Below are positions 20,027-29,632 of a DNA stretch of 61,951 nt, in pieces. The stretch is from contig CAZVDE010000005.1 in the NCBI GenBank assembly GCA_964626065.1, positions 1 through 61,951 on the forward strand, given 5' to 3'. The first letter of the stretch is position 1. Each line of letters starts with the position of its first letter. Under the pieces are notes generated by a model. That model searched no databases. It saw only the letters and a list, made by a program, of their open reading frames with translations, and was not told where the DNA came from. The position numbers and the translations under genes were made by a program. The stretch comes from an uncultured Clostridiaceae bacterium (GTDB taxonomy: Bacteria > Bacillota > Limnochordia > Darwinibacteriales > Darwinibacteriaceae).

Positions 20027-20965
20027 ATGGGTGTTTTTTTAGCCCCCATGGCGGGTGTCACCGATCTGCCCTTTCGCCTCATTGCCAAAGAATACGGGGC
20101 GGATCTAGTTGTTACGGAAATGATTTCGGCCCAGGCCCTAGTTTATTCGAATCGGAAAACGCTGAGAATGCTCGCAATTGAGCCGGCGGAACGCCCCGTA
20201 TCAGTGCAGTTATTTGGGCACGATCCGCACACTATGGCCCGGGCAGCCGGGCTTGTCTGTGAGTACGCGGGGCCGGACATGATTGATCTCAATTTTGGCT
20301 GCCCAACGCCTAAAATAGTGAAAAACGGCGATGGGGCCGCTTTGCTTAAGGATCCCCATTTGCTAGCGGATATCGCTGCTGCGGTCGCTAAAGCGGTATC
20401 GGTTCCGGTTACGGCCAAAATCCGCCTAGGTTGGGATGAAAAAAGCATCAACTGCATTGAAGTGGCTCAACGTCTAGCTGATGCGGGCATGCACTGGGTT
20501 ACGGTACACGGCCGAACCAGGGAGCAGTTTTACGGAGGGGCGGCTGATTGGAATTGGATAGCTAGGGTTAAGGAGGCGGTAGACATCCCCGTAGTGGGCA
20601 ATGGCGATGTATTTTCCGCTACGGCTGCTGAGCGCCTTCTAAAGCTGACCCAATGCGATCATCTGGCTGTGGGTCGCGGCGCCAGGGGAAACCCGTGGAT
20701 TTTTCGCCAGATCAAAGCGCGGCTGCGGGAAAACATTTGGCTGCCCGAACCTACCACCGCCGAGCGAGTGGCGCTGGCCCTGCGCCACCTGCGCCTGAAA
20801 ACGGAGCAGGATGGTGAAGAACGAGCGGTACGGGAGATGCGGCCCCATCTTATGTGGTATCTAAAAGGGGTGCCGGGCTCTAGCCGGCTGCGCCGGGAAA
20901 TCAATACCGCCTGCTGTGTGCGGGAAGTGGAAAACATTCTAAATTCTCTTGTGGCGCCGACTTAG
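20027..20965 (+). CDS. dusB: tRNA-dihydrouridine synthase
   Basis: LAPMAGVTDLPFR, DLNFGCP, NGDV; ATG 20027 after the GGAGGG SD; the ORF-track start at 19847 runs through rpmE and its terminator. Confidence 0.92.
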   Translation: MGVFLAPMAGVTDLPFRLIAKEYGADLVVTEMISAQALVYSNRKTLRMLAIEPAERPVSVQLFGHDPHTMARAAGLVCEYAGPDMIDLNFGCPTPKIVKNGDGAALLKDPHLLADIAAAVAKAVSVPVTAKIRLGWDEKSINCIEVAQRLADAGMHWVTVHGRTREQFYGGAADWNWIARVKEAVDIPVVGNGDVFSATAAERLLKLTQCDHLAVGRGARGNPWIFRQIKARLRENIWLPEPTTAERVALALRHLRLKTEQDGEERAVREMRPHLMWYLKGVPGSSRLRREINTACCVREVENILNSLVAPT

Positions 20966-20971
20966 ATCTGC

Positions 20972-21002
20972 TATAATGTTCATGTGAACATATTGTGCAC
21001 AA
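20972..21002. promoter_or_regulatory. -10 box overlapped by two perfect palindromes (putative operator)
   Basis: TATAAT 20972-20977; ATGTTCA-TG-TGAACAT 20976-20991; TTGTGCACAA 20993-21002. Confidence 0.5.
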
Positions 21003-21017
21003 CGTGTGAGGTGGGCC

Positions 21018-21548
21018 ATGACAGGTTTTTTCCGGGTTGGCGATAAACTGTTGAATCGAGATAGGCTGGATCGGATTATTGACCGCATTTTTGCTCTGCG
21101 CGCATCGGGCTTGGCCCAGCAAGAGGTTGCTCAGAGGGTCGGCTGCGACCGCTCCTTTGTGTCGCGGCTGGAGAGCCTGGCGGAAGTGCGTAAAGGGGGC
21201 AGCTTGGCGGTCATTGGTTTTCCCCTGGCAAACAAGGATGAAATATCCGATGTATGCCGTGAACTGGGAGTGGAGTACACGCTTTTAATGACTGACTCCG
21301 AGCGTTGGGGAGTGATCCAATCCTTTGATGGGCAGAGCTTGTTAAATTGGCTGATGAAGATTATCGCTGAGATGAACGAATACGATTATGTGATCATGAT
21401 CGGATCGGATATGCGCATCCGCCTTGCGGAAGCAATTTTGGGGGAAAAAATGTTTGGCGTTGAGATAGGCAGTTCACCGATTACGGAGGACTATCATTTG
21501 AACGCAGAAAGGCTCAGAGAGCTCATTATTTCGATTAAAGGGGATTAG
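21018..21548 (+). CDS. helix-turn-helix transcriptional regulator with an uncharacterised C-terminal domain
   Basis: HTH segment GLAQQEVAQRVGCDRSFVSRLE; ATG 21018 after the GAGGTGGG SD. Confidence 0.65.
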   Translation: MTGFFRVGDKLLNRDRLDRIIDRIFALRASGLAQQEVAQRVGCDRSFVSRLESLAEVRKGGSLAVIGFPLANKDEISDVCRELGVEYTLLMTDSERWGVIQSFDGQSLLNWLMKIIAEMNEYDYVIMIGSDMRIRLAEAILGEKMFGVEIGSSPITEDYHLNAERLRELIISIKGD

Positions 21549-22460
21549 ATGATGAGGCGCATCGTGAGTGTGAGCATAGGGTCGTCCCATAGAGATAGCA
21601 AAGCGGTAGTGACCGTCTGCGGTGAGGATTTTTCCATCGAAAGGATTGGAACGGACGGCGATATCAAAAAGGCAATTGAGATGATCGAGAAGCTGGACGG
21701 GCGAGTGGCCGCCTTTGGAATGGGCGGCATTGATCTGTACTTGTGTGCCGGGGAGCGCCGCTTTATCCTGCGGGAAGCAAAAAAGATAGCCCGAGCACCT
21801 AAGATTACACCGATAGTTGACGGTTCGGGACTTAAAAACACTCTGGAACGGCGGGCGATCGAAAAGCTGGCTGCGGACCCCGAAATGTTCGCGGGCAAAC
21901 GAGTGCTGCTCACCTGCGCCGTGGATCGTTTTGGCATGGCACAGGCCCTTGCTAAAACAGGAAGCGAAGTTTTATATGGTGATTTTGTCTTTGCCCTCGG
22001 TGCGCCCTTGCCCATTTATAATCTTAGGGCTTTAGAACGCGCTGTGGCTGTTTTCGCCCCCTTGGCTGTGCAGCTCCCTTTTAAATGGCTGTACCCCATC
22101 GGCGAAAAACAGAAGGACACACCTAAGAAAAGCAAATATACGAAGTTTTACGAGTGGGCTGACATTATTGCCGGCGATTACCACATGATTCGCAAATATA
22201 TGCCGGATGATTTATACGGCAAGACTTTAATTACCAATACCATCACTCCGGCTGATATGGAGTTTTTGCGGCAGCGCAGAGTGCGGGAACTCATTACCAC
22301 AACGCCAAATATTGGGGGGCGTTCCTTCGGCACCAATGTTATGGAGGCTCTGCTGGTCGCGCTGATTAATAAACCCGTGGGTGACATTACTCCCGCCGAT
22401 TACAATCAAATGCTGGATAAATTGGGATTTGCCCCGAGAAGGGAAATGCTGGGCGCTTAA
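21549..22460 (+). CDS. conserved uncharacterised protein (family often auto-annotated 'quinate 5-dehydrogenase')
   Basis: 303 aa, abuts the stop of the upstream HTH gene; N-terminus IVSVSIGSSHRDSK..GTDGD; recognition is from memory of similar Clostridia annotations, and the function is unverified. Confidence 0.5.
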   Translation: MMRRIVSVSIGSSHRDSKAVVTVCGEDFSIERIGTDGDIKKAIEMIEKLDGRVAAFGMGGIDLYLCAGERRFILREAKKIARAPKITPIVDGSGLKNTLERRAIEKLAADPEMFAGKRVLLTCAVDRFGMAQALAKTGSEVLYGDFVFALGAPLPIYNLRALERAVAVFAPLAVQLPFKWLYPIGEKQKDTPKKSKYTKFYEWADIIAGDYHMIRKYMPDDLYGKTLITNTITPADMEFLRQRRVRELITTTPNIGGRSFGTNVMEALLVALINKPVGDITPADYNQMLDKLGFAPRREMLGA

Positions 22461-22512
22461 CCGCTCGGTTGGCATATTGCTGAAAAAGGGCTGATCAAGG
22501 GGCTTGGAATTC

Positions 22513-22541
22513 TTGACATCCCTTTTTTTGTTACTTATAAT
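22513..22541 (+). promoter_or_regulatory. consensus sigma-70 promoter for greA-lysS
   Basis: TTGACA (22513-22518), 17-nt spacer, TATAAT (22536-22541). Confidence 0.7.
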
Positions 22542-22646
22542 AGATGGAGCATTGAGAAAGATTTGTATAAGTCGTCCGCGGCACTGCCCCGGACAGACAC
22601 GGTTTGGGCAAATCTTTAGAATTGTAACTAAAGGGGATGAAAACAG

Positions 22647-23126
22647 ATGGCCGATAAAGAGGTGCTGTTAACACCGGAAGGGTTAAAGAAACTAGAATCG
22701 GAACTGGAAGTCCTAAAAACTGTGAAAAGGCGCGAGGTCGCGGAGCGGATTCGGACCTCGTTGGAATTTGGGGACATTAGTGAGAATTCCGAATATGACA
22801 ATGCTAAAAACGAACAGGCTTTCATTGAGGGCCGGATCTTAACACTAGAAAAATTGCTGCGCAATGCCAAACTTATCGAGACTGATGATAACGAAGATGA
22901 GGCGATCGTATCGCTCGGCAAGAAAATTACGCTTAAGGATCTGGAAACGACTGAAGTTTTCGAATATCAGTTAGTTGGCTCGGCCGAGGCGAATCCGGCG
23001 GAGGCCAAAATTAGTAACGAATCCCCGGTGGGCCAGGCTATTTTAGGCAAAATGCCCGGCACCGTTGTGGAAGTGGAGGTACTAGACGGTACCCTGCGCT
23101 ACGAGATCATGAAAGTTGCCAGATAA
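22647..23126 (+). CDS. greA: transcription elongation factor GreA
   Basis: LTPEGLKKLESELEVLK...ENSEYDNAK coiled-coil N-domain and FKBP-like C-domain (SNESPVGQAILG). Confidence 0.95.
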   Translation: MADKEVLLTPEGLKKLESELEVLKTVKRREVAERIRTSLEFGDISENSEYDNAKNEQAFIEGRILTLEKLLRNAKLIETDDNEDEAIVSLGKKITLKDLETTEVFEYQLVGSAEANPAEAKISNESPVGQAILGKMPGTVVEVEVLDGTLRYEIMKVAR

Positions 23127-23142
23127 AACAGGGGGTATTATC

Positions 23143-24639
23143 GTGAGCGAGCAGCCTATTGACTATACAGAAAATAGGGACGAACTAAATGAACTTATGG
23201 CGATACGCCGGGATAAGCTGCAAGCCCTGATTAATCAGGGTATTGATCCCTATGGGGAAAAATTTGTACGCACTCATACCGCAGCTGAGATTTTATCGGA
23301 TTTTGATTCGTTAGAGGGGCAGCAGGCGGTGCTTGCAGGCCGGATTATGTCTATGCGGGGGCATGGTAAAGCCAGCTTCGCCGATCTAATGGATCAAACC
23401 GGGCGGATTCAATTGTATTTTAGGGTGAATACGCTTGGTGAAGATAAATATGCCCTACTGCAAAAGATGGATATCGGGGATATCTTAGGTATTACCGGAA
23501 AGATATTCAAAACCCGGCGGGGTGAAATAAGCATTGAAGTTCAAGAGGTGAAGTATCTATCCAAATCGCTGCGGCCCCTGCCGGAAAAATGGCACGGCCT
23601 CAAGGACGTGGACCTGCGCTATCGCCAGCGTTATGTGGATCTAATCGTCAACCCCGAAGTGCGCCGAGTATTTGAGGTCCGCAGCAAGATCATTCAGAGC
23701 CTGCGCAATATTTTGACGGAGAAGGGGTATATGGAGGTGGAAACTCCTATGCTCAATGTTATCGCGGGCGGGGCCAATGCTAGGCCGTTCGAGACTCACC
23801 ATAACGCTTTAGACATGGATATCTTTTTACGGATTGCCCCCGAATTGTATCTGAAACGCCTCTTAGTGGGCGGGTTCGAAAAGGTATTTGAATTAGGCAA
23901 GAATTTTCGTAACGAAGGTATTTCTACCAAGCACAACCCCGAGTATACTTCTTGTGAAATCTATAAGGCATACGGGGACGCCAACGATATGATGGAGCTC
24001 ACCGAGGAAGTTTTCGCCCATATCGCCAGGGAAATTACGGGCGGCACCACTATCGTCTTTCAGGGGCAAGAAATAGATTTGGCCCCGCCTTGGCCAAGGA
24101 AACCCATGTTGGAGGCAATCAAGGAATATTCGGGTGTGGATCTAACCGGGCTTGATGCTGCACAGGCTAGGCAGGCGGCGCGGGAAAAAGGCCTGGGCTT
24201 GGACCCTCAAGCGGGATTTGGACATGTGGTAGAGGAATTATTTGACGCCTTCGTTGAGCCTAAATTGATTCAGCCCATCTTTATTACGGATCATCCGGTG
24301 GAAGTGAGCCCTTTAGCTAAACGAAAAAGGGACAACCATCAGCTCACCGATCGCTTTGAACCATTTATAGTCACGTGGGAGGTAGCTAACGGTTTTACTG
24401 AGCTAAATGACCCCATCGATCAGGAACAGCGTTTTCGCCAGCAGGTGGAACAGCGCGAGCTGGGGGACGAAGAGGCACATATGATGGACGAAGACTACAT
24501 TCGGGCATTGGAGTACGGCATGCCTCCCGCGGGTGGGCTTGGTTTTGGTATCGATCGTATGGTGATGTTATTCACAGATTCGCCCTCAATCCGTGATGTG
24601 CTGTTGTTTCCCCATATGCGGCCGCGGCCCGGGCTTTAA
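23143..24639 (+). CDS. lysS: lysine--tRNA ligase (class II)
   Basis: OB anticodon-binding domain (GRIMSMRGHGKASFADL), class II motifs (FRNEG, GGLGFGIDRMVM); GTG 23143 preferred. Confidence 0.95.
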   Translation: MSEQPIDYTENRDELNELMAIRRDKLQALINQGIDPYGEKFVRTHTAAEILSDFDSLEGQQAVLAGRIMSMRGHGKASFADLMDQTGRIQLYFRVNTLGEDKYALLQKMDIGDILGITGKIFKTRRGEISIEVQEVKYLSKSLRPLPEKWHGLKDVDLRYRQRYVDLIVNPEVRRVFEVRSKIIQSLRNILTEKGYMEVETPMLNVIAGGANARPFETHHNALDMDIFLRIAPELYLKRLLVGGFEKVFELGKNFRNEGISTKHNPEYTSCEIYKAYGDANDMMELTEEVFAHIAREITGGTTIVFQGQEIDLAPPWPRKPMLEAIKEYSGVDLTGLDAAQARQAAREKGLGLDPQAGFGHVVEELFDAFVEPKLIQPIFITDHPVEVSPLAKRKRDNHQLTDRFEPFIVTWEVANGFTELNDPIDQEQRFRQQVEQRELGDEEAHMMDEDYIRALEYGMPPAGGLGFGIDRMVMLFTDSPSIRDVLLFPHMRPRPGL

Positions 24640-24641
24640 CA

Positions 24642-25751
24642 TTAACGCAATCTATTGCGGTTTAAAACCGATGTAAGGCGTTTCCAGGCGGCTGCAAAGC
24701 CGCCTGCGTTGATCACGTAGAAAATGGTAGCTCCGGTGCCGACGAAGAATAAAAGGCCCGTTATACTGCGTTTTGCCGCTTTACCCTGTCCCAACTCCGC
24801 GGCTTCGGCGCTCGGCCCATAAAAATACAAATCCACTACCTCCGCAAACAAACTGATGCCCCGTTGCGCGGCCGGTCGGCTGTTCGTATGGGCCCCAACC
24901 TCCAAGAGCAGGCTTAAGGGTGATAGGTCCTGGTTATAATTGCCCCTGCCAAAGAAGATGCCCTTCACGAGGCCGGGGTAAAGGTCATCAGCTATTTTTT
25001 TCAAGGACTGGGCGTATTGGCGGTTGATTCCCAGGTTTTGATTCTGCCTGCCCACAACAAACTGGACGCGGGTCATCCACTCATCATTTAGTTGGACAGC
25101 ATACGCACCCTGCGGTGCCGCATCACGATGTACATCGAAAATGGCATCGGGTTTTTTTGCTAAGAGCTCTAAGACCGTTTCCCGTGAACGGCGGTATGCA
25201 CCCCGATCGTGCGGTAAATGGAGGCGCTCAGAATAATCGGCATGGATGCCCATCTTTTCCATGGCTGTGACAAAGGCCCGGCCCACATGATGAATGCCGC
25301 CCTTGCCGTTGATACTGTCCGTACCATCCGTGGGAACGTAGCTTTCCGCATTGTGGGTGTGATAGACGGCAATCGTTCCCCTTCGCTTCTGGTCGGCCTT
25401 GGCGGCAGTCAGACCAAGAGCTTGGCGTAATTCGGCTAGGGGGACAACCTCTAGTTCGACCTTTTCCACGAATTTGGTTTTGGCGATCCGCCGGTCCTCG
25501 TCTACTTCAATTACTTGGTACAGCCCATTTTGTTCAGTTAGGTATTGATCCTCCACATAGACTTGCCTGCCCGTTTCGGTCAGAATCTCTCCTGCGGGGT
25601 CCAGGATGGAGTAGTACTGGCCCGCGGGCAGAAATCCGCCCCAGTTTTCTTCCGGGCGGTCAGTCCCACCGGCGGTGGTAGGGAGCAACAGTAGTGAACA
25701 AACCAAAAGACCTGCACCCAGCACTATTTTAGCGATTTTATTCAGAATCAT
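24642..25751 (-). CDS. spoIIP: stage II sporulation protein P
   Basis: TM anchor, then IAVYHTHNAESY..DG...GGIHHVG and DVHRDA, LLEVG (SpoIIP amidase family). Confidence 0.88.
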   Translation of the reverse strand: MILNKIAKIVLGAGLLVCSLLLLPTTAGGTDRPEENWGGFLPAGQYYSILDPAGEILTETGRQVYVEDQYLTEQNGLYQVIEVDEDRRIAKTKFVEKVELEVVPLAELRQALGLTAAKADQKRRGTIAVYHTHNAESYVPTDGTDSINGKGGIHHVGRAFVTAMEKMGIHADYSERLHLPHDRGAYRRSRETVLELLAKKPDAIFDVHRDAAPQGAYAVQLNDEWMTRVQFVVGRQNQNLGINRQYAQSLKKIADDLYPGLVKGIFFGRGNYNQDLSPLSLLLEVGAHTNSRPAAQRGISLFAEVVDLYFYGPSAEAAELGQGKAAKRSITGLLFFVGTGATIFYVINAGGFAAAWKRLTSVLNRNRLR

Positions 25752-26376
25752 CGCCTCCTGTCCGGTTGATTGCACTGTGGTGCAGATACTGTCGTACTTC
25801 ACCGATTATTTCGGCAATCAAGACTGCTAAAAATGGACTTATGACTGCGCTGGAAAACAAACCTCCGCTGCCGAAAATAATGGGCTGATGAATTTTCTGC
25901 GCCCATAACTGCAGCAACGCACCAAGGTCAGCAAGATAGACTCCCAGGATGCCTCCGATGAAAGCACCCCGGCGCGACCGGCCCCACAGATAGGAAAGCA
26001 GTCCTGCGAAGATACCTGCGCTGAAAACGGGATCTAGAAGCCCCGGGTCGGGGGGCAGGAGCTTGTCTGTAAGCAGAACGAAAACAGCGGTCGCCAGACT
26101 GACCAAGGCAGCTCTTACCCTTTCCTGCGGGGAGGTGGTCGACAGTAGATAGGCCGCAATACCCACCAGTGCCAGCGAACCCAGATTTAGCGCCAGGTGG
26201 GGCCCTAAGGGCACAGTAGGGAGAAAATGGCCCGCAACCATTATTCCTATGATAATCAGTGCAGACGCGTCCGTGAGTCTCATGCGATCCAGAATTCTCT
26301 GGCCGAGTCCGAGATAAATCAATACGCTGATAATTCCTAAAATGAAAATGCTGGTGAAAAGCTGAATGTGATTCAC
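25738..26376 (-). CDS. polytopic membrane protein (DUF1614-like)
   Basis: 212 aa, about six hydrophobic helices; family call from memory only; sits immediately upstream of spoIIP. Confidence 0.5.
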   Translation of the reverse strand: MNHIQLFTSIFILGIISVLIYLGLGQRILDRMRLTDASALIIIGIMVAGHFLPTVPLGPHLALNLGSLALVGIAAYLLSTTSPQERVRAALVSLATAVFVLLTDKLLPPDPGLLDPVFSAGIFAGLLSYLWGRSRRGAFIGGILGVYLADLGALLQLWAQKIHQPIIFGSGGLFSSAVISPFLAVLIAEIIGEVRQYLHHSAINRTGGDDSE

Positions 26377-26406
26377 CTTCCTGTCAACAAGCTAAATTTA
26401 GTGTAC

Positions 26407-26436
26407 AAAAAAAGCCCCCGTAATATGCACGGGGGC
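26407..26436 (-). terminator. intrinsic terminator after ytvI
   Basis: GCCCCCG (26414-26420) pairs with CGGGGGC (26430-26436); the A-run at 26407-26413 gives a U-run on the minus strand. Confidence 0.8.
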
Positions 26437-26451
26437 TTTGGGAATCGAAAA

Positions 26452-27519
26452 CTACTCGCTATAGGGCGGAAATTTGAACAGACCCGAGAGGGTTGCGGCT
26501 CTGATTAAAATGGCAATAATCGGGCCTAGAAAGATTCCCAAGAAGCCGAAAAATACGATGCCTCCATAGATTGCGATCAGCATGATTAACGGGTGGATGC
26601 CCACCGAGTCACCCATAATTTTGGGTTCGGAGAGCTGACGTACTGAAAATATTACCAGATATAGTATGGTTAGGTAAACTGCCCGATCAAGATCGCCCGT
26701 AATTACATTTACCGCTACCCAGGGCGTAAAGATAATGCCGGGCCCCACGACGGGGATATTATCCAAGATACCGATGGCAATAGCGATCAACAGCCAGTAC
26801 CGCGTGCCAATCAAGAACAAACCGATGCCTGATATGAGCGTGGCGATGATCAGCATCAGAATACGGCCCTTGATGAAACCGAGAAGGTCAGTGGCCACGA
26901 GTTTTCTGGTTTCTCCTACTTGCTCTCTTATACGGGGCGGCACAAAGCGCATGAGCGTATCCACGATCAGATCCTTGTCTCGGGCTATGAAAAATGTGGA
27001 GACAAGGCTGATCAGGCTGACGAGCACGAAAACGGGCAGGCTGGTGAAGGCCGCTAAGACCCTATTGATTAAATCTTTTGTTCCGGTCTCTAACGTGACC
27101 AAAAACTCCTGCACACTGCGTTGGATGTTTAGACTTACGATGGGCGGCAGCGTTTCGTTGAAATGTTGAAACTGCGTCAGCAAATCATTGGTTAAATTGG
27201 TAATCATTTCCCGGTATTTGGGCAATAATAAAGCTAGGTCCATTAATTCGGCAACCATTTTACCCACAACTAAAAAGAGGCTGTACCAAGTCAAAAGCCC
27301 CACCGCCAGCAGCACTGTTAAAACCGCTAGGCCCCGGGGGAAACGAAGTCTTCGTTCCAGAAAGGAAATCAGAGGTTCCAGTAGGATGGCGAAACCGATA
27401 CCGATCAAAAACGGCAGTAGGGCGGTTGCCAGCTGTTTGGAAAAGAAGATCAGGATTAGGAGAGCTATAACAATAATAATGATTAGTTTAGGTGTAATCA
27501 TGTTCCGCAAAGAGCTCAC
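26452..27519 (-). CDS. ytvI: AI-2E/UPF0118-family membrane protein, sporulation YtvI-like
   Basis: 355 aa with about eight TM helices; ILDNIPVVGPGIIFTPW and SEPKIMGDSVGIHPL are AI-2E family hallmarks. Confidence 0.8.
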   Translation of the reverse strand: MSSLRNMITPKLIIIIVIALLILIFFSKQLATALLPFLIGIGFAILLEPLISFLERRLRFPRGLAVLTVLLAVGLLTWYSLFLVVGKMVAELMDLALLLPKYREMITNLTNDLLTQFQHFNETLPPIVSLNIQRSVQEFLVTLETGTKDLINRVLAAFTSLPVFVLVSLISLVSTFFIARDKDLIVDTLMRFVPPRIREQVGETRKLVATDLLGFIKGRILMLIIATLISGIGLFLIGTRYWLLIAIAIGILDNIPVVGPGIIFTPWVAVNVITGDLDRAVYLTILYLVIFSVRQLSEPKIMGDSVGIHPLIMLIAIYGGIVFFGFLGIFLGPIIAILIRAATLSGLFKFPPYSE

Positions 27520-27605
27520 CGGATCGCCTCCCTCCGTTTAACACGGTTTAAGTATATTATGTTCACCCATTATTTGCAAGAACGGGATGTGTGGTTTCCC
27601 CTGAA

Positions 27606-27634
27606 TTGACAGAATGTCCCTTTCTTAGTATAAT
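27606..27634 (+). promoter_or_regulatory. consensus sigma-70-type promoter
   Basis: TTGACA (27606-27611), 17-nt spacer, TATAAT (27629-27634), upstream of the SleB-like gene. Confidence 0.6.
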
Positions 27635-27666
27635 GCAGGATATCACAGAAAAAGAGAGGTGCGGCA

Positions 27667-28392
27667 ATGGTTTGTGAAGCGGTAAAACACAATAATAACG
27701 CCAAGCTGTTCTTCTTTTTCTGCCTTGCCTGTGCAATCTCTATTGCGTTTATTCAGGCGGGCGCGGCCTTTCAGATGGAGCAGATTTTGGCACCGGAGGA
27801 GGCCGATCCGGAAAAGATCGCTGCCGAAGCGGAGCATGGAGCAAAACCTAAGTACCGCTCTTTTGGTGTCTATCAGGTGCAGCGCGGGGACAGCCTGTAC
27901 TGGATTGCGGGCAGTTATGGTATTTCCACCGAGGAGCTGTGCAAGCTTAACAATCTCAATTCTGATATAATCGCGGTGGGAAAGCGTCTGATTGTACCCC
28001 TGGATCATCTGAAATTATACCCCGCCGGTGTGCGCCTCTCAGGTATGGAGGTGGAATGGTTGGCGCAGATGATTTACGCGGAAGCAAGGGGTGAACCTTA
28101 TCTAGGCCAGGTGGCTGTGGGTGCGGTCATCATCAACAGGATGCTCAGTTCCCAGTTCCCCGATACGTTACGGGGCGTGCTTTTTCAGTCAAATGCGTTC
28201 CAACCTATTCGAAACGGTAGTTTTTATATGACTCCCAATGAGAGTGCTAGGCAGGCAGCCCTAGAAGCGCTCAGCGGTCATGATCCCACGGGCGGCGCTC
28301 TTTACTTTTTTAACCCTCGCCAATCCACCGATCGCTTCATGCACAGCCGGCCCGCACAGACAACCATCGGCCAGCATCGGTTTACAAATTAA
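27667..28392 (+). CDS. LysM-domain cell wall hydrolase, SleB/CwlJ (Hydrolase_2) family
   Basis: LysM (YQVQRGDSLYWIAGSYGIS...LNNLNSDIIAVGKRLIVP), then MIYAEARGEPYLGQVAVGAVIINR...FQP. Confidence 0.88.
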   Translation: MVCEAVKHNNNAKLFFFFCLACAISIAFIQAGAAFQMEQILAPEEADPEKIAAEAEHGAKPKYRSFGVYQVQRGDSLYWIAGSYGISTEELCKLNNLNSDIIAVGKRLIVPLDHLKLYPAGVRLSGMEVEWLAQMIYAEARGEPYLGQVAVGAVIINRMLSSQFPDTLRGVLFQSNAFQPIRNGSFYMTPNESARQAALEALSGHDPTGGALYFFNPRQSTDRFMHSRPAQTTIGQHRFTN

Positions 28393-28418
28393 AGATACTG
28401 CCCGTAGGCAGTATCTTT
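28391..28418. terminator. bidirectional terminator hairpin between convergent genes
   Basis: AAAGATACTGCC (28391-28402), loop CGTA, GGCAGTATCTTT (28407-28418); A/T runs on both flanks. Confidence 0.8.
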
Positions 28419-28444
28419 CTTTAAATGGTGCGCCGCGCCTGGTA

Positions 28445-29632
28445 CTACACAACAGCGGCTGTATCTCTGGCGATTACAACCTCTTCGTCCGTTGCCACAA
28501 CAAAGACTCTAACTTTGGAATCGGGCGTGGAAATGTCTAGATCTTCCCCCCGCCTGGCGTTCAATTCCGGATCAATTTGCAAGCCCAGGTAACCGAGATT
28601 GCGGCACACTGCCTCCCGTACCGCCGGGGTGTTTTCACCGATACCCGCCGTGAACACAATGGCATCGACTCCGTTCATGGCGGCGGCGTAGGCACCTACG
28701 TATTTTAGGATGCGGTAGGAGAAGAGGTCGAAGGCAATCTTGCTCAACCGATCACCCTCAGCAATGCCCTTCTCAATATCACGCATATCGCTGGCTCCGC
28801 CAATACCATAAAGCCCGGAGTGCTTATTCAGCATGGAGTCAATTTCCTGCGGTGTCAGCTGTTCTTTTTTCATAATGTAAAAGATTGCCCCAGGGTCAAT
28901 GTCTCCGCTTCTGGTGCCCATGACCAAACCTTCCAGGGGTGTAAAGCCCATCGATGTGTCAATGGATTTGCCTTTCTGGACAGCGGCAATGCTGCCCCCA
29001 TTGCCTAAATGGCAGGTAATAATCTTAAGATCTTTTATGTCTTTATTCATAAGTTCCGCGGTGCGCTGGGAGACGTATTTATGGCTTGTTCCGTGAAAAC
29101 CGAAGCGCCGAACCTTATGACGCTGGTAGACGGTGTAGGGAATGGCGTATAAAAACCCGTGTGGGGGAATGGTAGAGTGGAATGCTGTATCAAACACCGC
29201 CACTTGTGGCGTCTTCGGGATAATCTTTTCAGCAGCGCGGATGCCGATTAAGTTCGCCGGATTATGCAGCGGTGCTAACTCCGCCAAGGATTGCAAAATT
29301 TCTTTGGTCCGCTCCGTAATCAACACCGAATCTGAAAAAGATTCACCGCCGTGAACTACGCGGTGGCCGACCGCATCGATTTCATCGACGCTTTTGAGTA
29401 TTCCGTGTTCGGGATGTGTCAACAGATTAAGGCTTTCCCGAATGGCTACCGTATGCTCTAAGATGGGCATCGTTTTGGAGACCTCTTCTTTACCCGTTGA
29501 TTGGTGCGTTATTACGGCATTATCCTGTCCAATCCGCTCAATCTTGCCTTCAGCCAGGACACTTTCGTCTTCCATCGCGTATAATTTATATTTCACGGAC
29601 GAAGAACCGCAGTTCAATACAAAAATTTTCAT
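28445..29632 (-). CDS. ackA: acetate kinase
   Basis: MKIFVLNCGSSSVKY, GHRVVHGG, FDTAFH, FGFHGTSH, VFTAGIGEN. Confidence 0.97.
   Translation of the reverse strand: MKIFVLNCGSSSVKYKLYAMEDESVLAEGKIERIGQDNAVITHQSTGKEEVSKTMPILEHTVAIRESLNLLTHPEHGILKSVDEIDAVGHRVVHGGESFSDSVLITERTKEILQSLAELAPLHNPANLIGIRAAEKIIPKTPQVAVFDTAFHSTIPPHGFLYAIPYTVYQRHKVRRFGFHGTSHKYVSQRTAELMNKDIKDLKIITCHLGNGGSIAAVQKGKSIDTSMGFTPLEGLVMGTRSGDIDPGAIFYIMKKEQLTPQEIDSMLNKHSGLYGIGGASDMRDIEKGIAEGDRLSKIAFDLFSYRILKYVGAYAAAMNGVDAIVFTAGIGENTPAVREAVCRNLGYLGLQIDPELNARRGEDLDISTPDSKVRVFVVATDEEVVIARDTAAVV

Noticed and set aside
21545-22015. 156-aa minus-strand ORF antisense to the 303-aa gene
   Set aside because: It is a shadow frame with Ser/Arg/Ala/Pro-rich low-complexity translation and no SD. 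The plus-strand gene abuts the stop of its upstream partner.
27667-27700. Rex-operator-like string TTGTGAAGCGGTAAAACACAA at the start of the SleB-like gene
   Set aside because: The half-site spacing and the second half-site (CACAA instead of TTCACAA) do not fit the Rex consensus, it lies inside the coding region, and there is no functional rationale.
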